DNA of 64,000 bases from Trichosphaerium sp. ATCC 40318 (taxonomy: Eukaryota > Protista > Tubulinea). Where the stretch lies: assembly GCA_038496445.1 (NCBI GenBank), contig JALMLS010000166.1, positions 1-64,000 on the forward strand, in the 5' to 3' direction. Below the pieces are notes generated by a model. That model was not told the DNA's origin. It searched no databases and saw nothing but the letters and a program-made list of their open reading frames with translations. The position numbers and the translations under genes are program-made. This document shows, piece by piece, positions 1 through 11,930 of this stretch (position 1 is its first letter; every line of letters starts with the position of its first letter).

Positions 1-1118
1 AGTGGTGGAATCGGACAAAATACGCGTGCCTAAAACGTGCCATTTGCATGGAAAATAAACATGCCCAAAACGTGTCCAAAACGTGCCATTCGCGTGTTGT
101 ATATTTGCAATAAACGTGCTCAAAATGTGCCATTTGCGTGTTTTAACCATGACCTGTCCTTAATAGAAATTTGGAGAAAAATTCAAAATAAAAAATTGAC
201 AAACTCAAAACTCAACCATCTCACCCCAAAGCCGATCGCCTCCGATCGTCAACAATAAAACATGTATTTTCACCCAAGTAAGCAGTAGTTAGGTTTGTAT
301 TGGCATGGCTCTAAAAGTAGGCGAAAAAATCTAAAAATACCCAAAAACCAACAATTTCTTGATTTTCCTATTTTTTGTGAATAACTCAGGTCTACTAGTA
401 TGAATCCTTTAAAAACGAAGTATGGCCCAATTAGGTACGAAGCATGGTTTCGTGGTGGTTTGGGGTTCGGTGCCCCTTTTTAAGGCAAAAACGATAGAAA
501 ATAGATATTTAGGGTAGTTTAAGGATATTATGGCTCAATAACTCCATTAAACCCCTTTTAAAGACGATTATTGGATTTGAGATTTTTTGCCTAATTAGGT
601 AAGTTCTTGCTTAAGTATTTACAATAAGGCAGGATTGGCGAAAAAAGCAGGTAAAATGGCAAAAACATGAAGTTGGTTGATATAAACTGGGTATCGTTTA
701 TGTGGGGATAGTTTTATGTAAAGTTTGTAATAATTGTACCAAACCTCTTTGTAATCGTTATGTGTTATGTATCGTAATAAACTGTTATTTTCTTTTCCTC
801 TATAAAGTGGTGTTTTATGCGTGCCCAAAACGTGTGATATGCGTGGCAAATATGCGTGCCCAAAACGTGCCCAAAATGTGGAAAATAAACGTGCCTAAAA
901 CGTGCCCAAAACGTAGGTAATAAACGTGCCCAAAACGTGTCCAAAACGTGCAATTTGCGTGGCCAGCATGTGGAAGAGAAACGTGCCTTTTGCGTGAAAA
1001 AAAAACGTGCCCAAAACGTGTCCAAAACGTGTCTTTTGCGTGGAAAATAAACGTGCCCAAAACGTGCCCAAAACGTGCCCAAAACGTGCGATTCGCGTTC
1101 TGTCCGATTCCACCACTG
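1..1118. mobile_element. Non-autonomous TIR element (MITE-like, possibly hAT-type), left end at the window edge
   Basis: Bases 1-17 (AGTGGTGGAATCGGACA) are the exact reverse complement of 1101-1117. Both subterminal regions are packed with AAAACGTG(C/T)CC repeats. No credible ORF. Confidence 0.8.
815..1095. repeat. Subterminal array of ~11-bp CAAAACGTGCC motifs
   Basis: Many direct copies of AAAACGTG(C/T)CC; the same motif recurs at 22-135 and 1793-1806. Confidence 0.9.
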
Positions 1119-1349
1119 ATTCTGTTGAATGGAAAAAAGCCCATGACCCATCACAGAAGGCAACAATACTGGAATCAGTATTTTCACCCATATTACAATA
1201 CAAAACCTGTACTTTTGTCCTGCATCTAATCTGTACAGGTTCTGTACTTTCAACTCATACAAATTAAATGGCAGCTTGTAATTGTAAGGTATAAAACATT
1301 TTATTGCATAGCTTTGGTCTCACTGTACAAACTGCTCAAAAAATGTAAC

Positions 1350-1835
1350 ATTGGGTATATTTAGGTAAGGTGCATGGTTTGGGGACCAACTCACCATTTT
1401 TAGGCAAAAACAACACAAAATATGTATTTGGAGTAGTTTAAGGATATTATGGCCTAATAGCTCTAATAAACCTCTTTTTAAAGGCAATTATGGGTTTCAA
1501 GCATTTTTCTGAAATAGTCATTAAGTTGTGGTAATGAAGTTGTAATGTATTGTAGTGTATATGTAGTTGTAATTACCAATAAATCCAATTCATTCTTTTT
1601 AGTATCTATTTGTCCAAAATGAGGCAAAATTCCAACGGTACTTAACCTGTGAGTGGCATATACTTTTGACACATTTCTAATCCATATGTCTTCCACCAAA
1701 TATTTAGGTGTCACTTTATCTTTCCAAAACACTGATAATGGAATCAAAAGTATGCACATATAGGTTTTGTACATGTCAAAAATACATGACACTGCCCAAA
1801 ACGTGCAATTCACGTGTCATCCGATTCCACCACTG
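1350..1835. mobile_element. Second, diverged partial copy of the same element family
   Basis: About 1360-1510 resembles about 430-590 (GTAGTTTAAGGATATTATGGC is shared). A second right TIR, TCCGATTCCACCACTG, lies at 1820-1835 after a GCCCAAAACGTG motif. Confidence 0.7.
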
Positions 1836-2334
1836 TTGTTGTTTTCTTAATTATTACAAATACATTTACATTACAACACATTACAATACATTACATTACA
1901 TTACAACCACTAAACAACCATGTTTTTGACCTGTTTGGGGAGATATTTTAATCATCATGCTGTATTGTCCTAAAACCCATGATATCTCCTGGAATAAAAC
2001 CTTGAAAAAAAGTTGCCAAAAGGTCTTTGATGATGCAAGAGGTAGTACAAGCCTGTAAAGTGTTTGGTGGAGAGTTGCTGTTGGGTTGCAAAATGTGAGT
2101 GGATGTTTGTAAGGTATAAGTGACAATTGAAACAAAAGTGCCCACTTACAGGGCCAGGTTTTGTGCTGTGTGCTGTCACTAGTTAAATCAGGAGTATGGG
2201 TAATTATACAGGTAGAGTATGGGTCAAAATCAAAAGTAATTTTCTTTCAAGTGGTTGTAGGAGTCTGAAATACTGTGTCTGTGGACATTAATTGGTATTC
2301 CACAAAATTATTTATTTATTTGGCATTTACAAAC

Positions 2335-3556
2335 TTATGTGAATTGATGAAGGAGTTTTTTAATGCGGGTCACACCATCAGAAGCTTGTTTGGCACTAGG
2401 ATCAAGTTCACGGGCCTTTTGCATGTCTAAATAAGTGTGTTAAAGCAATGTTAGGATAGTAGGTATTGATATATATACCTTCAAGTGCTTTCTTCCATTT
2501 CTCAATGTACTCGTAAGCAAGACCACGTCTCATGAGTGCTTTCACATTTTCAGGTTGAATGTTCAAGACATTAGTGGTGTCATTGATGACATGACGGTGA
2601 GCGTGGATTTGAAGGTTGCAAGCAGCTCTGTTGTTCCAGAATGGAAGCTTTTCAGTATCCGGTTTGCCTGTCACTTCCAAGATTTGCAATGCTCTGCTGT
2701 AGTGCTCAACAGCTTTTTCGTACATGCCACGTTTGAACTCTGCATTACCTGTCTCTTTAATGCTAGCAACCAAGTTCTAATAAACCCGTCAATAAACAAA
2801 CCAGTAGGGTCGAAGTAAGATTAAAACGGAATGGCAATTTGTCAACAAAATGAGGAAATGGGTTTTTTTAATTGTTTTGCACTACCACGCCATCATAGGT
2901 GAAATCGAACGTTGTAACCGCAAAAAAATAAAAGAGTGCGTGTTGTAAATGAACAATGACGTACATCGTTGGTTGGGCTAGAGCGCATAGCCTTTTGGCA
3001 TTCGGTAAGCTTACGTTTCAAGTCACCGTTCTAAGGTGGGTGTAAGAGACACAAAGAGCTATTTAAACAATTTTTAGAATCGTACACCAGGGACAGCCTT
3101 TAGACCGCGTTTGCAGACTTCGGCGGCTTTCTCGTGCAAACCCAATAGACTGAGAGCCATAGCTTGACGATAGTAACCCTATATAGCAGATCAGACCGTA
3201 CAGCTCCACTAACGCTAAAAAAATACGCCAGCGCATCTCGTTGGGCTTAAAACATATTTTTTTTGTTTCTCTCACCTTCATCCAGTCTGGTTTAACCTCA
3301 ATGCTCTTAGAAGTATCCTTGAAGGCAAGGTCGTAACGTTTCATGCCAATGTAAGCGGCAGCTCTGTTGCTGTACAAGACATGGTTCTTTGGGTCCATGT
3401 CGACTCCTTTACCGTACCATTCTACTGCCTGGTCGTACTCTTTGGCAACATAGAATTTATTTCCCTTGTCTTTGCACTCGCCGGGTGTGCTCTAAGCCAT
3501 AATAGCGTCAGTACACAGAATAACGCTAAATGTCCTGTTTTTTGAATACGCACCAT
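2335..3556 (-). CDS. TPR-repeat protein with two TPR clusters (STI1/TOM34-like co-chaperone), multi-exon
   Basis: Spliced M|STPGECKDKGNKFYVAKEYDQAVEWY..LYSNRAAAY.. and ..IKETGNAEFKRGMYEKAVEHYSRAL..NNRAAC..KALMRRGLAYE. Stop TAA at 2335-2337. Confidence 0.85.
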
Positions 3557-3849
3557 GATGAGTTGCTGTTAGGAATGCGCAAATTCGAAACAACGAAAGC
3601 TAGTCAGTTTTCTCTCAAATCTCACTTAAATCTAACCCATAAGTTGGCCCTTATTGTTGAAAAAAAGGTAAAGCAACACGTGTTTTTTTGATTATACTCA
3701 CGAGATACTGATTGATTGCATTCAACAAAGGACAAGTTGCTATTTGTACAAGTATATTTGGGGTATTTACAAAGGGGTTGTCAACAAGGACGTTAAAATT
3801 TTTTTAGTGTACACAACAAAAGAGCTGTTTCGGTGATTACTTGTGCCGC

Positions 3850-5278
3850 TCAGTTCATGGAGTCCATGCTGCTTTCAGAAGTAACACTGTCAGTCTCACT
3901 GAGGGCTGCTTCAAGCGATCTCTCGAGGTAGCCTTCAATGGTTGCGAGGGATTTGGCTTCACCGGACACACAACGGCGGTGGGCGTGTCGTCGTTTCTTC
4001 TTGCCAACACGTCGGACTTTCTTCTTTTTAGGTTGCTTGTCGACTAGCACAGATGATCCACTCTCGCCAAGAGCAATGCTATTGACAGGTAGAGGGAGTG
4101 ACTCTGATCGTTTGCGCTTGACAACGAGCTCTGTCTTTTCTTTCTTGGCGGACTTGTTGAACTTGCGAACGGCATGACGCTTGCTTGACAGTTCGTTGCC
4201 TGCACGTCTTCGTCTAGGAGGTGCTTCTTCTTCGTCATCGCCAGATGTGTCGGAATCGGAGAAGGTGTAACCACTGCTCGAGGACTCAATGGAAACATCA
4301 CGACTAGGGTTTCTACGCGCCCGGCGTGAAGTACCACCGACGTCCAATCGTTCGAACTGCCTTGAAAGCCCAGCTGCTGCTGTTTTGGAGCTCGAAGCGT
4401 ACTTGATGAACATCTGAAGTATGCTGGCGTTCACATAGAGGGATACACGCCCTGTCTCGGTGTTGTGGGTCAACCAATCCACTTTGACAGAGTCCTTGAT
4501 CATTTGGTGTGCTACAACAGCAACAATCTGTTCGGCCACAGCCAAGAACGGTACAGTGCAAGGTAGCCACGACACCCATCGCCCAGTGTTGAATCGAACG
4601 TAGGCGGCAAATGACTTTAGTGAAGGTTCGTCGAGGGTAGGTGGTTTGTACTGCAACAAGAGTTAGAAACAGGGCCAACAAAAAAAAAAAAGTTGTTTGA
4701 AGAACAAACTGAAAAACTACAAAAAACTTTTTGAATAAGATTATTGGGAAACGTACGAGTGATCTACCCATCTTCTTCTGTAATACACGGACAATGTCGA
4801 GGTTGCGGAACCTGACTGCCAATTCAAAAGGTGTTTCCCCGTTACAATCGGGTACATCAATACTAGCGCCACGAGCTACCAGGAGGCGGACGAGTGCAGT
4901 TCTACCAGAGTAGATGGCCAAATGGATAGGACAAATGTTATCCTGGTCTTTTTGATTTGGGTCTGCGCCGCGTCTGAGGCAGTATGCTGCTGCTCTTTCG
5001 TAACCAAGTGCACATAGCCAATTCATGACGAGACCGCTCGTCACGTCAACATCTCTGTTGCGATAAAAGTTCAGGAGACTATCCTCAGAGGGCTGTTGAG
5101 AGGCAGTTGATGTGTTCTACGGAGTGATTTAGGAGGAGAGCAGTCGAATGGAAGTTTTGTTGTAGTAATTTCAGATAATTGTGTAAACCTTATCGTTTGG
5201 AGCTATAAAGTGGCGTACCATGAGGTCTGGAGTGAGTGTATTGCCTAGCTGAGAAGGATTGATTGTAACGTTGCTCAT
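3850..5278 (-). CDS. Ankyrin-repeat protein with Ser/Lys/Arg-rich C-terminus, 3 exons
   Basis: GADPNQKDQDNICPIHLAIYSGRTALVRLLVARGASIDVPDCNGETPFELA ankyrin repeats. GT-AG introns join the ORFs in frame. Confidence 0.8.
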
Positions 5279-5994
5279 AAGTGCGCGACGCATACACAAT
5301 TCTAAAAGGCCGTTAAAACAAGTCCAAAGGTATCGAATAAATATAAAAGTGTATTTGCCTTGTAATTGAGGGCGGTGTAGTTGCGTTTCCTCAAAGTCAA
5401 CGAAAATATGTTTTTTGCGCAGTTTTCACAAAACTACAAAAAGAGGCAAAAAAATGTATAAGGCAAGAAAATGTCACGAACACAAAAACCCCGGTAACGC
5501 ACCAATCTTGTAACAGAACTGCTGACGTGCTTGCGCCCATGTCTTATCATCTTCTTGTATAAATACGTTGACGTTTACATCCTTTCATACTTTTTTAGTT
5601 TAATGCAAACAAAACGGAAGTATTTTTGTAATAAAAACAGATCCCCCCTAGCAAACGCTATTAACACGCACCTGGGTCGGGTACTTGAAACCCAGTTCAT
5701 CGAGTGATGGGATGCGACATTGCGGCATACCCTCCCGACCTGGTAACACCTGTGTTGGAAACCATTGTTCAAACCGAATCGCAGGGTTCTGCGGTATGTT
5801 TTCGCCAATCACCCAAGCGTATTGGTTCTACAAAAAATTGTTAAACAGGAGTGTTTTATAAATATAAAATGATTCGCGGTTTTTCTCTAAAATAAACTAA
5901 AGCTTATCCGAGGTGCGTTAGTGCAGTATTCCCCACACCGCATGCAACACCGGTAAGAAGGGGTAGTTCCAGTGGTTGGGAAGTGTAGGAAAAA

Positions 5995-7799
5995 CTACAA
6001 AAGATACGAGCGCGGGGTTACTGCGGGGATTCGTGCACCGCGTCCTAGGAGATACGCGGCATGATGAAATACAGCAAAGAAAAAAGATCGGAACTTATTG
6101 TCTGACTATTATGACGACAAAATTTAAAGCGGAGTAAAAAAAAGACCATAGGGTTTGTCTTTTGTTTTGGTTGCGTTGCTTCTTACCTTGTCAAATATTT
6201 CCAACGTGTAGTTTGGAGATAGTTCTTGAAACATTACTTGACCGGCAGTACTGCTTGCTGGCTCCGCTGCCTTCCTTTTGCGGGTTGTCATTGAGGCGGA
6301 AGTACGTGCTCTCTAACACAATTGTCAGATGTTTCACTGTGGGAGTATAAGTGGCTACCTTGTTGTCGCGATATTCATTGTTGGCACGTTGTGAGTTATT
6401 AGAATCGAATCTGAAAAGCTTGGAGCCTTGACAGAAGGTTGTTGAACCTATTGGTCACAAAATCGTCAAATGTTGTCATGAAGCAGAAGTAACAATTACA
6501 GAAGCGCAAGCACCTTGTTTAGGAAACAATAAAAGGAGTTTGATTCATTTTGCTGTTGTTGAGCACGTTATTGCCTTTTGTGGAAATGCGTACCATTTGC
6601 ATCTTTGAAAAGCGTCTTGACGATACAGCGCATATCGCACTGATTCTTCCAGCCTTCAAAGATCTTACGTGGGCGCTTCAAAAACTTAAATCTGGCCGCT
6701 ATGACGAGTTCGTCTTCTCCGTGTTGCAAGGAGCATGTCACCTCTGAGAAGATCTCGTTTTGCTGCAAGCTTGTTCTAAATCCATCAGGAGAGTCCACAA
6801 CCAAAGACAAGTAAACAGTGTTCGGTGCAACTACAGTAGGCATTTGCCAACAATATGACACCTGCAATCAATAGTCAGTGTAAAGAACATGATAACTGGA
6901 CAGATAGAGGGGAAAGGTAGACCAAAATCATCATGTAAAAGAGGGATACTCAACAAAGAGCCATTTTTCTATTCGTACGTGGGATATAAAGTTTAGTGGC
7001 GGTAACGATACTTGTATGCGCGTATACGTATTTCTGCGTACGAGTCCGTTTTTGTTTAATCGAATGCTAGTTGTGTGTTGTTAGATAAAGGAATAGGCGT
7101 ATGTAGCATGGATAAACACAACAAAACAAATTCCGACAACGTACTTTTCAGAAGGTAGCGTAACTGGTGGTATCTGTTGGCTACTTAAGCGTCTACCATT
7201 GAAATCTGAAGAGGAGTAGACCTTTGCTAAATTATAGTTTTAGCAACAGTAAAAACGACGTCTTTGTGCTTCTAAAACATGAAATGGCATGTACCTGGCG
7301 GTGTGAAAGGGTTGATGTTGAGGTTGGCAGGGTTTACAGGTTTAAACGTCGGCATGAACATGCCATGTTCTGGCTTTGCAACAAGAGGTGCAGGCATCGG
7401 TTGCAGTGGTTGGATTGGTGTCGGATTTACTGGCACTGGAACTAAATTTCGAGAATTACGGTTTTTAAATAGCGTGACAGTATTAACTAATAGACGGTTG
7501 TATTTGGTATGTTGTCTTAGCCAAAAAAAGCAGTGTCTAAATAAAATACTACAAGTAATGGCCAAAAAGGTCTGCAGAGACACAAAACGAATAAAAACAA
7601 CGATTGTAAGTATTTGTACCTTCTATGAAGGGAGTAGACCTTGTCTTGTTTGATGTGTCGACATCAGTCAGTATGTTGCGGAAGTACTCTAGTTAGGGCT
7701 AGTTAGCTTGGTGGACCACCAAGTACTTTTTGTACCTTCTGGCTGGTTGCATGCGAACGTATCGTCAATGGCCCAATTATTAAAGCCGTTTAATTCCAT
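5995..7799 (-). CDS. Hypothetical multi-exon protein (Pro-rich N-terminus, beta-rich central domain, RKRK basic motif); 3' end approximate
   Basis: ORFs 7272-7583 and 6568-6867 are bounded by splice sites. ATG at 7799 (MELNGFNNWAIDD). Confidence 0.55.
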
Positions 7800-8647
7800 T
7801 ACGCAAGTTTATAACAGCTGTTTTTCTTAAAGTTGATGATTTACAGTATAAACGCTATGGTTTATAAGAGAGAATATAACGTAAGCAGTCACGCACCAAG
7901 CTAGCTGTAATTAGTGTAACTAGCCGTTTTAAGTCACAAGTCTTAAAGAGAATTGGGAATAAAACAAACGTTTTGTGCTAAAAATGTTGTCCCAAGAATA
8001 TCCTGTTGCTGCCACTCTTAATGTAACACAGTAGTTTTTGTTTACTGAAAACAGTTGCGCAATGTGGCATCACATAAGGTTTTTCACTGCATCTTCGAGC
8101 AACACACGCTCTTTTGAAATTAATTAATGACACCATAGCGAGCGAACAATAGAGCACTTGTACAACTTTGTGCCAGTAATCGTGGACACTATGTTGGCGG
8201 CGTGCATATTGAAGGCAAGCAACACGCTTTTTTCACGTCGCACGTGTCAACATAGTAAAGGTTCGGTTTGGCGAGCAGCATGGCATAAACACATTGTGAG
8301 CGTAACTTGGGCAGCAGTTGAAAACGCCAAACGGAAATTTGGATGTGCAAACGGTCTTTAACAAACTTTTTAAGTCTTGACTTCTGCAATTACTCTCCAA
8401 CCTTCTGTATTGAAAAGTGGTGATTCTAACGAATGAAAGGGCACGTGTTAGGCTCAAGACAAGTAGCGTTGGGCATTTTAAGTTACTCGCCTTTGTTAAG
8501 TGTCATGCGCTACATTGCTGTTTCTGTCCGTGGCACCTAGTTCGTTGGTAAGGTGTATACGTATTTTGTTTTGTATAGGCTTTGATGTTTGTATAAACTG
8601 GAATTATCTCAACCATTGGCCTATTCATCACCCCTAGGGAACGTATA

Positions 8648-9318
8648 ATGTCGAAAAGACCGTCTCCCCCGAGTTCTGGGCCAGAGGCAAAGAAACCACG
8701 CACAAACGTTACGGTACGTGTAGGATCGTGTTGGTAGTACCGCACGGCAATTATTTTCTCTTTTTAATCGTTTTGCGTGTTTGGTACTACAAGTTAGCTT
8801 TTCCTTTCGTAAACAGTCTACAAATAAGTGTTACTACGTTGTGACTGATATTGTTATGTAGGCTCCACAATTATCCAACGTCAAGTTTCGCGCGGAATCT
8901 GAGGACGACGAGTACGTTATTTCAAGTTGTTTAAAGGGATTGTTGTTTTGATTACCAGAGCGGTGTCACATCAACACAATTTATTGGAACAATGCTGTTG
9001 TCACTTGCCTCAACTAGTACCTTATCTCTTACTGTGAGTAGTAAGACGATGATCCTCGGTGTAATAGATGGACCACACGTGGAGCCTGTAGATAAGCCCA
9101 ATAAAGATCAAGAAGAAGAAGAAAGTAATGACGATGAGCAACCTGACAGCGTAAACACATACGTCGTGTCTCTCACAATAGGTGGCAACGTATTCAACGG
9201 CGTGGTCAAATTAAACACCGAAGCTGACTTCTCGAAACTACACACTAAGATGGTGCGTTGCATACTTGTAGGTTATCGAGCACTAACGTTTTATTGGAAA
9301 GACAAAGACAAAGCGTAA
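8648..9318 (+). CDS. Small hypothetical protein with basic N-terminus and acidic tract
   Basis: MSKRPSPPSSGPEAKKPR| ... EEEESNDDEQ ... with GTACGT/GTGCGT donors. Confidence 0.55.
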
Positions 9319-9562
9319 ATACAAAAAAAACAAAAATAATAATATCCCAAAATCAGATGTCCCTCGTACGTACCGCTACCTTTCTTTGTACTTGACACCG
9401 TGCACTAAATAATACCCAACCATTTGCGTCGAATTTTATGACGCTATTTGTCCAGTGTTGAACAAAAGGTTGAGAAAATACACGTGATATCACACAAGTT
9501 CCCCTTTTTTATGTTTTGACAAAAAGATCAGATTTGTTTCTTCTCATACTTACACAGTTAGA

Positions 9563-10323
9563 AATGGACCTTACTGGTGATGATCCACAACCTCTACCAT
9601 CAATGTCAGCCGCAACACAGGAGGAATTCATGAATTATCAGCGATGCCTTCAACTGTACGGTAACTACAACCTCCCAAACGTCATGGAACAGTTCAAACG
9701 CTACTTTTTGGTAAATCAAGCCGCACAAGGCAATGCAGACGGTCAAAAAGCGGGTGAAGGAGATGTACGTTAAAAGAACAACATAGATTTCCTCTCTTTA
9801 CTAATGAGCTTGCAGGAAAACAAAATCCCTGCCGGTATGCTGCCAATGGTGCGTTGTAATCTTTTTTTTTTGAAGGATTCATCCCCCTCACTTATTTGCG
9901 CTAACTTTGCTCTAAAGGACGTAGCCCAATTCCGCAACATGTATCATAACATGTACCCTGGCATGTTGAATGCGTTTCAACAGCAATTTCCAGGTGCGCA
10001 GGCTTATTTCAACGGCGCAGGTACCCAACAATCAAAGTCACCAACAAAGTCATCGCCCACAAAACCAAATGTGGCGTCCCCACCAATCTCCATGTCTGGT
10101 AAAGGGCTACCTCTTAAACAAATAGTCAACTACAAACAGCACTTAAAAGGCAGAGGTCTAGTTGCTGTCAACGAGGTGCTTAAGGTGAGTCATTCATTGC
10201 ACACGCAGCACAGCATCAATCACTGCTGTTTAGACATTATAAAAAACCATTTTGGTTCTAACTTCGTTTTAGAGAGAAGCTAGACAACCACCCAACGAAC
10301 CAAGTGCAATGATAGTGGACTAG
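9563..10323 (+). CDS. Hypothetical multi-exon protein
   Basis: MDLTGDDPQPLP..., exons in ORFs 9516-9773 and 9804-10283, terminal exon REARQPPNEPSAMIVD*. Confidence 0.55.
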
Positions 10324-10545
10324 TGTACTAACGTGTTGTACTTTTAAGTGTACTTATTAATGTAATGTAACCAATGCTGTCTTGTTGTCGTTGTTGTTGA
10401 GCCGTGCTTATGTGCTCCTGTTAGAGAATCTTTTACGGTTCTCATTTCAATACGCTTGGAAAAACGACGCTCAACGAATGAATGGTATCGAGAAAGTTCA
10501 AAGAAATGTTGTACAATTTATAATTTACAAGATGACACTATACGC

Positions 10546-11660
10546 TCAAAAAGGAGGTGGTCTCTTGCCAAACTTTGGAGGTCTATTAGATGCGCTGACA
10601 CTATTGCGCACGTTAATCTTTCTAGCGCCTGGAATACTTGGCGGCCTAACCTTAGGTGGTCCACCAGACGTCTTGAAAAGGTAGTTAGCATCTAGTAGGA
10701 ATCACTCGCGTATTAGTAGCGTACCTTTGGTGCTGCAGACCTACGATTCAACTCGTTAGGAGGTAAAGACCAACGCCAGTTCTTTTTTGCAGCTGCTTGT
10801 CGCGGTTGAAGCACGGTAGGGCCAGTGTTAACTTTTCTTAGTTTCACTGTGCGTGAAGGTCAGTAAAAAACAAACTGGACTTGAAATTTAAAGATTAAAT
10901 GAGACATACCAGATCCGGGTTGGAACGCTAGCATCACCTTCTTGCCGCTTGCTTTGGCCATACCCATATTAGCGCGAGAGAGTTTTGGATTTGTTCGTTT
11001 CGGTTTGCTAATTTGTCCATGGTACGTTTGTGGTTGCGCATCGCCGATGGAGTGGTACGTTTTTGGCACAGCCGGAGGTCCGCGCTTAGGAGGCGCGCTT
11101 GGCCTCACTCCTGGAACACCTGGCCTAAATATTGCAGTTTTTGGCCTCATTCCTTGTGCGCCTGGCCGTGACACCGTAGACTTTGGTCTTGTCGCCGACT
11201 TTGGTCGCGGGTTTGTAATTGGTCTCATTCCTGGTGCTCGAGCTACTGGAGCTACTGGCGCTTTTGGTGTCGCTACCGGGGAACTAGGTCTATCCACAGG
11301 CACCGTTGGTCTCGTATCTGCGCGTTTTGGTACAGCTGATACTGTACGCCTTGGAGAGGCCACTTTAAACGACTGATCTTGGGAAGGTGTGCGTGTACCA
11401 AAGGAAGGCGCAATATGCCGTTGAGGTCTATTGGCTGACGTGACGCCCACGCTTGCACTGCGTGAAGGTTCGGTCACCTCTGGCGGTGAGCGTGATGGTA
11501 CGTGTGTTTGCAAAGAGCGCAGTTCCGATTCTCCACCTACGGCTGGAGGCGGTCGCACTGGAGGTCCACCACCCATTGATTGAGAACCATCTATACACGT
11601 GATTGTAAGTACTCATTGCCACAAACATACTGGCACGTGGCTGCGGTTGATACTTTTTGT
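10546..11660 (-). CDS. Pro/Arg-rich low-complexity coding region; separate gene or alternative 3' part of the RalGAP gene
   Basis: ORF 10860-11576 plus downstream exons ending ...RPPKFGKRPPPF* (TGA 10546-10548). 5' end unresolved. Confidence 0.55.
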
Positions 11661-11930
11661 GTGGACACTTTTGCAAAATGTAGGGCATAAATATAATGGA
11701 GTGATACATAGAGAAGCTATAATGATATATATGTACATAATACTACGCTATTGCTGATGGTACAGTGTAAAGCACACTGTACCATTTAGAGTGGTTGTGC
11801 GCATTCGATAGACAAACGTAAAAAAAAAACCTCAATAAGGGAGGTAGGTATATGGGGGCTACTGTAGAATGATATGGGGGATGGAGAGACGCTAGTTATA
11901 TATACAGATCCGCAAAAAATTATGGTGGTA

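Noticed and set aside
815-1095. CRISPR-like or telomeric array
   Set aside because: Units are ~11 bp with no regular unique spacers, there are no cas genes, and the array lies inside TIRs.
37-1267. Overlapping ORFs with KTCPKR/FWARF/GHVL repeats
   Set aside because: They are translations of the 11-bp subterminal DNA repeats in several frames, not proteins.
5203-5218. 16-nt GT-AG micro-intron
   Set aside because: A ~100-nt intron to the acceptor near 5117 gives a clean in-frame product and matches typical sizes.
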